Shown: piece after piece, positions 37,860 through 48,589 of the stretch | Layout: each line of letters opens with the position of its first letter | Position numbering within the stretch: the first letter of the stretch is position 1 | Source of the DNA: Eutreptiella sp. 'Long Island Sound 2002' | Taxonomy: Eukaryota; Protista; Euglenida | Direction of reading: 5' to 3' | DNA length: 64,000 nucleotides | Assembly: GCA_964036045.1 (NCBI GenBank) | Contig: OZ038379.1 | Span: forward strand, 66,898,001-66,962,000 | Program-made: the position numbers and the translations under genes | Notes under the pieces: generated by a model | What the model saw: only the letters and a program-made list of their open reading frames with translations | Told to the model about the DNA's origin: nothing | Databases searched by the model: none

Positions 37860-39770
37860 GTTATCCACCAATGACTCAACACACGGGGTCTACACCCCTA
37901 TATAAGCGCTGTGTTAATTTTTCGATCGGTCTAGACCCTTCATTGTCTCTACGAATGGGGTGTACTCCCCTGTTTAGAGGCGGCGTTAATTATTTGAAAT
38001 GTGTAGATCCTTCAATAACGCAATACAAGGAGTCTGCTCCCATGTACGGGGCCGTGTTACCTTTCTGAAGGGTTTAGACCGTACAATCAATCAACACGGG
38101 GGTTTTGTTCTACTATACAAGGGCTGCATTGGTTAAGCGAAGGTTCCAGCGCGTTCAAGAAATCAACGCAGGAGGTTTTCTCCTTTGTACAACTTCTATA
38201 TTGATTATTCAAAGGGTCCCAACCCTCCAGTGACACAACACACGACACACATCTACTTCTTTGTACAAGGGCCGTTTTCATTATTTGTAGCTTGTGATCC
38301 CTTCACGATATCAATGCAGGGGGTGTGCTCCACTACACAAGGTTTATGTTCAGCATTTGAAGGGTATGTACTGTTCAATGAATCAATGCAAGGGTCGACT
38401 CCTGTGTGCAAGCACTGCGGTGATGATTTGAATGGTTCACACCCTTCGGTGCCTGAACACAAGTGGTCTACTCTTTTTACAAGGATTTTGTTAATTGTTT
38501 TCAACGGTTCACACCCTACAATGCATCAACATAGGGGGGCTAGGGCTCCGTTGATTATCGCAAGGGTCTAGGGCCTTCAATGACTCAACACAGGGGGTGT
38601 ACTGCCCTATAAGGGCCACATTCATTAATTGAGGTGTCTATACCCCCCAATGCATCAACATAGGGGGTCTAATGGGTTCGGCAAGGTTGGGTTTTATTAT
38701 TTGAAAGGCCCATAGCATTCAAGCTATCAACCCAGGAGTTCTACTCCCTTGTACAAGGGGTTTATTGATTCTTTGCAAGGTTTACACCCTCCAGTCAATC
38801 CACGTAGGGCTCTACTCCCTTGTACACGTGGTGTGTTGGGTACTTGAAGGGTGTAGGCCCTGTAATGACTCGGCACAAGTGGTGTACTCCCCTATACAAG
38901 GGCCGTCTTGATTAGTTGCTGGGTCTACGTCTTCCAATGATACAGCATAGGGGGTCTATTAGCCTTTGCAAGGGGTGCGTTGCTTATTTGAAGGGTTTAT
39001 ACCCTTGAATTAATCAGCGCAGATGATCCACTACATTGTACCAGGATTTCGTCGTTTGGTTGAAGGGTTTGTACTCCTCAATGAATCCACGCAGAGGGTC
39101 TACTACATTGCACAAGGGATGCGTTGATTGTTTGAATGGTATATACCCCTCACTGAATCAACGTAGAGGGTCTACTGCCATGCACAAGGGGGATTATTTG
39201 AAGGAGGGGTCTACCTCCGTATAAAAGGATTTGTTGATTATTTACAGGCTCGAGGCCCTTCTATGAATGAATGCACATGGCCCACCCGACTACACAAGAG
39301 GTGCGTTGATTATTTGAAGGGTCCATTGCAATCAATGAATCAACGCACGCGTCTGCTCCCTTGTACACGGGCTGTGTTGATGATTTTTAGGGATTAGACC
39401 CTTCAATGAATCAACAGAGGGGGTCTACGCCTATGTACACGGGCTCCGTTGATTAGTTGAAGGGTCTACACCCTCCAATGAATCAGCAAAAGAAGTGTAC
39501 TCCATGGTACTAACGTTGTGTTGATTAATTCAAGGGTGTACAACCTTCAAGGAATCAACGCAGCTGGCCTACTCCATTGTAGAACGGCCCAGGTCATGAT
39601 TTGAAGTGTGAACGGTGGTGATTGAAGGGTTCATTAACATAGGGGGTGTATTGTACTTTACAATGGTTCTCTTGATTGTTTGAATGGTCCAAAGCCTTCA
39701 AACAATCAACGCAGGGGGTGTACTCCTTTGTACAAGGGGTGCGTTCATTGTATGAAGAGTGCGTTAAACA
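37860..39770 (+). repeat. Array 2 of the 72-bp palindromic unit (~26 copies)
   Basis: Same consensus, recurring GGGTCTACTCC...ACAAGGG...GTTGATTATTTGAAGGG...CCCTTCAATGAATCAAC. Confidence 0.9.
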
Positions 39771-39974
39771 AATGCCGAGGTGCAATGTGAGAGGCACAAT
39801 TTGGGTCTCACCGGGTTGCAAGAGTTAGGAGCCTCACAAGGTCAAACCTAAAAGCACCAGCGCTTGGCAAACAGAAAGAGCACAAGACAATGTGGAGCAT
39901 CCCGGGACGCCAAAACAGTGTGCCTTTTTATAAGATCCATGTAGCATGATAAATAGTCCCCGATAATCTCTAGA

Positions 39975-41150
39975 TCACTACCGTGTGCACGGGCTTTCTT
40001 CATTAGTTCAAGGGTCTTGCCCTTTCAATCAATCATCGTAGGGTGTGTACTTCCCTATACAAGGGCCGTGTTGATTATTTTTAGGATCTAGAACCTTCAA
40101 TGAAGCAAAACAGTGGGTCTCCTCCGCTGTGCATGGGCGGTATTGATACTTTGAAGGGTCTATGCTCTTCAATGCATGAATCAGGGGGTCTACTCCCCTA
40201 CGCAAGGGGTGCGTTGCTTATTTGAAGTGTCAATACTTTTCAACGAATGAAGACAGCGGGTCTACTCCCCTACACAAGGGGTGTGTTGATTTTTTTTGGT
40301 CCCAACCCTTCAGTGAACCAACATACGGGGTCTACGCCCCTCTACAAGGGCTGCGCGGACTGCCTAAAGCGTCTAGACCCTTGAAGCCATCAACGTAGGG
40401 GGTCTACTCCCCTACGCAAGGGTGTTTTTATTATTTGAAGGGCCTATACCCTTCAATGAATCAATGTAGGGGGTCTCTTCCCCTTTACAAGCGATGTTTT
40501 GATTATTTGAGTTGTTCATGCCCTCATTGGATTCAAAGCAGGGAGTCTACTCCCTTGTACAACGGTACATTGATTAATTGAAGGCTCCACATGCTTCAAT
40601 GCATCAACCCAGGGGCTCTACTCCACTGTATAAGACCTATGTTGATTTTTTCAAAGGGTGCATACCCTTTAATTAATCAACATAGGGGGTCTACTCCGCT
40701 ACACAAGGATTTTGTTGATCGTTTAAAGCGTCTACACCATTCAATGAATCTATGCAAGCGGTCTACTACTCCCCTACACACGGGCCTTGTTGATTATTTG
40801 TAGGGTCCAAAGCCTCCAATGAAGCAACTCAAGGGGTGGACTCCCCCGTACAAGGAACACGTTGATAATTTGAAGGATCGAAACCAATCAACACACGGGG
40901 TCTACTGCCCTACACAAGTAGTGCGTTCATTATTTGTAGGGTTTATACGCTTGACTGAATCAACGCACGGGGACTACTCCACTCTGTGTTGATTACTGGA
41001 GGTGCATAGGGCCTTCAAGCAATCAATGCAAGGGGTCTAGTCCCCTACACCTGCGGTGCACTGATTATTTGAAGGGTCTTTATCTTTCAATGAATCAACC
41101 CATGAGTCAACTCCCTGTACCAAGGCCGCGCTTGTTGTTTGAAGGGTTAA
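39975..41150 (+). repeat. Array 3 of the 72-bp palindromic unit (~16 copies)
   Basis: TACTCCCCTA-type motif at 40191, 40263, 40333, 40405 (70-72-bp spacing). Confidence 0.92.
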
Positions 41151-41799
41151 GAGCCTTCACTAAATGGTCAAAGGCGGTGCTCCCAATTGGGTAACGCTTG
41201 AAAATTGGTGGTAAAAAAGGAATGTCCTGAAAATGCAATTTTTTGCTTTACAACATGCCCCGCTAAAACACGATCTTTTGCCACGTGAAGTCAATTGGAG
41301 GCCTGCTAATGGCAGGGCCAGCTGCGATGAATGCTAAAAATGCGCAAGCTGTGTTAGTTTTTTGGAGCAGTTGCCAATTTGAGCAAAAACCAATGATGCA
41401 TTTGTATCAAAGGACTTTTTTGAAATCCGATGTCCAAGTTCAACGTGAAAAATTAAGCAAAGATGTGGACGGGCAAACACATTCAAAAAGGGAGTTTATT
41501 TTTTTGCTTGTCAAATGTTGATGCATTGAGTGTCACTGTACACGAGATGTTATCACAACATAGATAACAACTGTAGCCGAGGGGTCGTGATTGTTCGTAC
41601 CCGGAAAAATGAAACACTCATGAGGGCCTACTTTGGCCATGCTAAAACTTCTACTGTGCCCATGAACAGTGGCGAATCGATCGTTTAGCGAAATGGAGCT
41701 CCCCCAAAATGGCAAACTAGGAAAAAACCACTAGTGTGAGGTACTATGTGATATACTATGCAGCAGAGCGTACCAAAATGCAGAACCAACATAGAGAGA

Positions 41800-41975
41800 A
41801 TGAGAGAAATGGTTATGACATCCCTAAAATCAGTGCATCCTTTCTCCAATGGAGTAGACCGCCTGTGTGGATTCATCGCCCGTCTAAACCATTCGAACAA
41901 TCAACGCAGCTCTAGAACTGGGGAGTAGACCCCCTACTTTGGTTTGTTGAAGGGTCTAAAGCCTTCAAATAATGA
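41800..41975 (-). repeat. Short inverted patch of the 72-bp unit (~2 copies)
   Basis: GGAGTAGACC (reverse complement of GGTCTACTCC) at ~41850 and ~41922. Confidence 0.7.
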
Positions 41976-42249
41976 CCCATGTACCCTAATTGTCCTTTTG
42001 AGTTGTTGTCTTTTGCCTATTTTGGACTCATTCTTTACATTGTGCCTTGCCACCGTCCCCGTGTGGTGTGGTCTCTTCTCCTAAAAATCAACCAAACTGA
42101 GGAATTCGAAAATGCACTTTGGTGCCGTGGTGAAAATCGCACACCAAATCAAAAAAATCATATCAACACTCCCATTCACACACACATTCATGGGTCATTG
42201 GCACAATTTCAACAAAAGTGAATTTCACACCAATTTGGCACCAATTTCG

Positions 42250-45200
42250 CACCAATTTAGCATCAATCCCACAAGCATGTCACATGCATTTCCCACCTCT
42301 CACAGATTGTTTCGCCTTTGCAACAAAGCTATGTTTTTGAGATGTGGAACCACTTGTGTTAGCTGGGGTCGCTGCCAGATCAAGTTGCCGACACCCACTC
42401 CCACTACCACCAGTACCGGTTGCCCCATCCTTGCCCATGAGTTGGACGAGGCAACTTGCGACTCCGATGACCTCCATATGGGGTCAACTACGGAATCGGC
42501 GGGCAAACATGCGGAGATTATACGGGGGCAAGGGCACGGTAAGCCCATGGAGGGTGTGTGCAACGTGTATCCTGTGGACAACCTTGTGACCCTTCACCTG
42601 GGATGTGACATGGTCGCCCTTTAGGAATTTGACGTCCCTGAAAAGGAGGACCACTTCATTCCCTTTCCATGGCAGATCTCACAATCCAACTTGTGAGACA
42701 GTCTTGCCATCACCTCCATTTACCCATGGGTTGCCCCTGAGAAACCCCTCAGTAACCTCACCACCCCCACCAAAGTGTGGTACCGAGGCTTGGCCCTCCA
42801 CCACCCCTCCATCACTGCAACCCCCCCTGTCCGCACAAGGCCGTTGCCCCCCCCCCCCCCCCTACGCCACCCCCCCTTGGATGAGAATATGGTCGCCACC
42901 CCCCTTCCCTTGCCAACAGTTTCGTGCACTGCCTGGGGCACACCGTCGCGAAGGTTTTGTTGTTGGGAGAGGCTCGGCGCCGCACACCGTCTACCCCGCA
43001 CATGGCAGCCGAAGCGTAGCGGTTGGACTTCCCTCACTTGGGGACCTTCTGCGCAATGTGTTGGAGATGCTGCCCACGCAGATTGGGGCGTTCGCAGATC
43101 TCAACCAGATGAGCCCAGCCCCAGTGATTGTGTCGCAGGATACCGCCGACCAACTTGACCATAGTGATACTTTTTTGGACCCCTCTCTGCAGCCCCTCCT
43201 GCTGATGGGCAGGTGTCTCACTGCCATCTTTCCACTTTCCTTGTGACGTCATCGGAATACCGGATCGCAGTCCAAGCAGGGTTTGCGCACAGTGAGCTGA
43301 GCGAGACACGCTTTGATGAGTTGCACCTACTGGATCTACTAGTGGCGGCATCCACATTCGGCCACCAAGGCATGCCCCCCTCCCTCTCCCAGTGGGATGC
43401 TAAGCCAGCTTGTAGACTTTACCCAATGGACGCCGGGGAGGCACCGGCGGCACATCGTCAAGGAAGCAACACATCTTGACCCTGGCGTGTTGCTGGCAGT
43501 CAAGTGGTTTCACGGACACTAGATCAAGACTTGGTGCCATCCTAGCACCACGTCTTGTGGCTGGGGGAAGGGGTTTGAGGGAATGGTGGGGTCCGCCTAC
43601 AAGGATATGATGGATGCCGCATTTAACCCCATGGAACCCGGTGTTGCTCACACCTGCCAGTTCCGCCCCCTCATTCTTGTCGCGGAGCAACCACCACATC
43701 CCCCACCTCCCAGTTGGGGAGGAACAAGTCATTTTTTGGCTCGGACCCTACAAGCTCAAGGTCCTCAAGACGGGGCCCACCGATGCGGATGCCACTCTTC
43801 GCTTTGCCCTCGGGGGTGTCATCCCACCAACCCGCCCCGCAATGGCATGGCAGCTCATCAACACTATCCCTGCCTCAAGGCCCCCGAAGCAAGCAAAATC
43901 GGGAGTTTGGTGTATCAAATGCCCTTGTGACGTGCACGCATGCCTTTGGGCTACATACTTGGTTGAGTCCTCACGTTGCATGCCATTTTCACGTGAATTT
44001 CGCACGAATTTAGCATCAATCTCACAAAGATGTCAGATGTGTTTCCCATGTGTCACACATTGTTTATCTTTTGCAACAAAGTTGTGTTTTTGGGATGTCG
44101 AAACACTCCTCTTTGCTCGGGTCCATGCCAGATCCCGCCGCCGACACCCACTCCCAATAGAAGTCGCCCCATCCTTTCGCATGAGTCGGAGGCGGCGACT
44201 TGCGACTCCGATGGCCTGCATATGGGGTTAAATGAGGAATCGGCAGGCAAATTTGCGACGATTATACGGGGGCAAGGGCAGGGTAAGCCCATGGAGGGTG
44301 TGTGCAACGTGTACCCTGTGGACAACCTTGTGACACTTCACCTGGGATGTGACATGGTCGCCCTTTAGGAATTCGACAGCCCTGCAAAGGAGGACTACAC
44401 CATTCCCTTTCCATGGCAGATCTCACAACCCAACTTGTGGGACGGTCTTGCCATCACCTCCACCCACCCATGGGTTGCACCCAAGCACCCCGTTTCTGAC
44501 CTCACTACGCCCACCAAAGCTTTTTACCGAGGCTTAGCCCTCAGCCACCCCTCCATCACTGCAACCCCGCCCTTTTCACACAAGCCCGTTGCGCCCCCCC
44601 CCCCCCCGGTTTATGCAACCCCCGCCCTTGGACGAGAATATGGTCGCCCCGCCCCCCTGTTGCCGAGGGTTTCGTGGATTGGCTGGGGTACACTGCCATG
44701 AAGGTTTTGCTGCCTGAGGGGGATTGTGGCGCAACATCGGCCAAAGGAGAAAACATTTTTGCGGGAGGAAGTGACAAAGTGGTCCAGCTCGTTGACCATG
44801 TTTTCCACGTTGAGTGTGCGGAGGCTCACCGCCGCACGCCACATCTACTCCAGGGATGGCAGTCGAAGCCTAGTGATTGGACTTCCCTCACGGGGTGACC
44901 TGTGCGCAAGGTGCTGGAGAGGTTGCCCACGCAGATTGGGGTGTTCGCAGACCTCCACGACATGACCCCAGTGCCAATGATTGTGTCGCAGGAACCGCGG
45001 ACCAATTTGACCATAATGATACTTCTTTGGACCCCTCTGTGCTACCCCTTGTTGCTTGGCAGGTATCTCACTGCCATCTCTCCACTTTCCTTGTGTTGTC
45101 ATCGGAATACCGCATCGCAGTCCAAGCAGGCTCTGCGAACGTTTGGGTGAGCGAGACACGCTTTGATGAGTTGCACGTACCCCAAGCGGATATTTTAATG

Positions 45201-46059
45201 GCGGCATCCGCATACCGCCACCATGACATGCCCCCCCCCCCTACCAAATGGACGCCGCACAGGCACCACCGGCACATTGTCCACACTGCAACGCATCTTG
45301 ACCCTGTGCCGGTGCCGGCAGTCAAGGGGTTTTACGGGGGCCCTAGATGAAGACTTGGTGCCATCCTAGCACCACGTCTTGTGGCTGGTGAAGGGGTGTG
45401 AGGGAACGGCGGGGGTTGCTAACAAGGATGTTATGGATGCCATCTTGCACCCCATGGAACCCCCTTTTGCTCGCACCTGCGATTTCCACCCCGCATTCCT
45501 CTCGCGGAGCAACCACCACATCCCTCACCTCCCAGTTGGGGAAGTCATTTTCTGGCAAGGACCCTATAAGCTGAAGGTCCGCAAGACCGGGCCCACCAAT
45601 GCCGATGCCATTGTCTGCTTTGCCATTGCGGTGTCATCCCACCAACGCACCCCGCAATGGTATGGCAGCTCATCCACGCTGTCCTTCCCTCAAGGCCCGT
45701 AAGCAAGCGAAATAGGCGGTTTGGTCTATTACATGCCCGTGTGATGTCCGGGTGTGCCCTTGGGCTACATACTTGGTTGCGTTCGCACGTTGCATGCCTT
45801 TTTTGCGCAAATCTTGCACGATTTCGCCAAAAATTTAGCATCAACCTGACAAAGATGTAACATGTGTTTCCCATTTGTCACACGTTGTTTCCCCTTTGCA
45901 ACCGAGGGGTGTTTCTGAGACGTGATAACACTTGTCTGAGCTAGGGTCCCTGCCAAATCCCACCGCGCCCCCCCCCACCCTACTACCACTCCCGCCCCAT
46001 CTTTGCCCATGAGTTGGAGGAGGCGACCTGCGACACCGATGACGTCCATATGGGGTCAA
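42250..46059 (+). repeat. ~1.75-1.82-kb tandem repeat (2 full copies plus the start of a third) carrying a decayed PhyH-like dioxygenase cassette
   Basis: AATTTAGCATCAA...ACAAAGATGT at ~42255, ~44007 and ~45833. Identical GKPMEGVCNVYPVDNLVTLHLGCDMVAL in copies 1 and 2. HxD (HSD 43160; HND 45012) and distal GHQ/RHH motifs. The third copy is split by element B and resumes at 48378-48510. Confidence 0.88.
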
Positions 46060-48377
46060 CCCTAGGTACACACTAGAAACCCAATTTCGTTCTAGCCTAG
46101 ATGGCGCTAGAAGGGCTCGAATAAAAAAAGCTATGTTTGCGCCCACCCGTGGGTGTGGGGGTTACGTGATATCAACGGTGGAATTCGTGCTCCCGGGACC
46201 ATTCTCGGGGTTCCAAATCTCATTTTCGAAAAAAACATATTTTTGACCCCCAAACGAAGACAACACAAAGGTGCTCTAGCAACGTTCTAGCACCGTTCCA
46301 GCGAGTTCTCTGGAACGTTGCTAGAACGTTCTAGCTTAGAACACAACTAGAACAAAAACATTATTGCATGTGTCGCATCTAAGGAACACCAAAGTGGGGG
46401 TGGGGTGGGGATGTAATACACAAACTCTCATAAAACCGCTAGACTTGCCGGATGCATAGGCATATTTGCCCACCGCCCCCCAGCCCCGCACATATAGTTT
46501 GCCATAGATATATGCACAACACAACACACAACATGAGATGTCAAGGGTGGGGAGGGTGGGGTATGAGGCCGAACACACACACCACACAAACACCTTGAGT
46601 GTCAAGCTATCAGCCCTCCTCCGCTTCCATGTTGTGGTCTGGGTTGTGGGGCTACTCTGCTTGTTGTGCTTAAGTTTAGGGAGGGTATCCATTACCTTTT
46701 TGCAGGTCTCCTTTTGTTTTTTGAATTGGTCCAAGAAGTGCGTACACAATGACACCAAGAGGTAGGTCTGTCACTACTTCCCTCCTGCATGCCGTGTGTG
46801 TATGTAGTGTGGGGTTGTCTAGTGTACTGTTGTAGCGTTAGGAGCTATGCTGTGTGGCTCAGTGGTATGCTTTGTCCACCCTCCTCGTCAGGTTATGTGA
46901 CCCCCCCCCCCCCCGTCTGTGTGCACTAGTACCTGGCTTGTTGCTTGGTTGGTTGTTGGCTGATTGGTTCTTGGTCGGCTGAGTTTGACAGGCTGGTCGG
47001 TTGGTTGGTTCGTTCCTTGGTTGGTTGGTTAGTTCCTTGGTTGTTGGCTAGTTGTTGGGATGTATGAGGGTCTGTGTGTGTGTGTGTGCACAGGTGCTGC
47101 AGCATGGTATGTGGTGTTGGGTGGGGTGTATGTGTGTGTGTGTTGCCTGGACATGTGCTGTTTGGTGTTGTTGCACAGTGTGTTTGTCTGTAAGCATGTA
47201 GGTGCAGCCTTAGCAAAGGGCACGGGGGGTTGTGTACATTTCATTTTGGCGTTCTTGCGGCGTTCCGACGAGGTGGTCTAGCGGCGTTCTAGCGGCGCCG
47301 CTTCGCTCGCTAGAACGTCGCTAGAACACCTCGCTAGAACGCCAAACTGAAATATGCAGGACCCCCCCAAACACCCTTGCAATGGCTGCACAGGCACGCT
47401 TACACACAGCCACACTGTGCAGCAACACCACATAGCATGTGTCAAGGCAACACACACACATACACCCCAACGAACTAGCCAACAACCAACCAATCACGCA
47501 ACCAACCAACTAAGCAACCAACCAACCAACCAACCAGTGAAACTCAGCTGTCCAACAACCAATCAACCACCAACCAACGAGCAACCCAACAACCAACCAA
47601 GCGACCCGGAAGGCAACAGCCAATCAACCAATATGCCACTTACTAGTGCACACAGGGGGGGGGGGGGGGTATTCCATAACCTCATTTGAGGGGGGACAAA
47701 GCAAACTACTGACCCACAAAGCGCTGTGATTAACCCCGCTTGGGGGGGGGGGGGGGGCAAGGGAGGAGGGATGGTGGGAAGAGGGAGCCTGTACACTAGA
47801 CAATCCCACACCACATACCCACAAGGCCGGGAGGAGGGAAGGAGTAACACACCTAAATCTTGGTGTCACTGTGTACGCACTTCTCCAAACAATTTAAAAA
47901 ACAAAAGTAGACTTGCAAAAAGGTAATGGATACCCTCCCTAGCCTTAAGCACAACAAGCAGAGTAGCCCCACAACCCAGACCACGACATGGAAAGTGGGG
48001 GAGGCTGATAGGCCAACACTAAGGGGTGTTTTTGCGGTGCTTGTGTTCAGCCTCTTACCCACCGTCCCAACCCTTGACATTGTATGTGTTGTGTTGTGTT
48101 GTGCATATGCTTCTGCACAACTGTGTGTATGCTGGGCGTGGGGGGGTGGGGGCATATGTGTATGCATGCGTCAAGTGTCTTGTGTGTGTTGGTTGCTATG
48201 AGTGTGTATGTCTTGCCCCCCCGGCACACTGTGATAAGTTGGTTTTTATGTTTTACGTATTCTACCCGTCCAAGCTAGAAAGATTTATGTTCTAGGCTAG
48301 AACCGTTCTAGGCTAGAACGTTCTAGCGAAGCATTCTAGCCTAGAACGAAATTGGGTTTTCTAGCGTGTACCTAGGG
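46060..48377. mobile_element. 2318-bp non-autonomous foldback member of the element A family, 2-bp TSD AA (element B)
   Basis: Ends CCCTAGGTACACACTAGAAACCCAATTTCGTTCTAGCC and ...CTAGAACGAAATTGGGTTTTCTAGCGTGTACCTAGGG. Removing the element and one AA gives ggggtcaattatggaacgggcggg, which aligns without gaps to the uninterrupted repeat copy ggggtcaactacggaatcggcggg (~42479). Interior ~46420-47290 is the inverted homologue of ~47320-48210. Confidence 0.92.
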
Positions 48378-48589
48378 AATTATGGAACGGGCGGGCAAAC
48401 AGGCGGGGATTGTCGGGGGGCAAGCGAAGGGTAAGCCGATGGAGGGTGTGTGCAAGGTGTACCCTCTAGACAGGCTTGTGACCCTTCACCTCAGAGGAAT
48501 TTGACCTTCTTGAAAACTTAGGAGGCCTTAAATGCCCGCCCCGACGACCCTCAAGAGGTCGAATTTGTTACCCGTACTAGGGTGTTTTT

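Noticed and set aside
34990-41150. CRISPR-like appearance (leader, palindromic repeat, constant period)
   Set aside because: The sequence between hairpins is itself a degenerate conserved motif, not unique spacers. Repeats are highly diverged, there are no cas genes, and the context is eukaryotic.
46058-48379. TA (Tc1/mariner), TTAA (piggyBac) or CCTAGG target-site readings for elements A and B
   Set aside because: Element A has CCCTTGG/CCAAGGG in inverted orientation, so these bases belong to the TIR. Only the AA 2-bp reading aligns without gaps to the uninterrupted tandem copy.
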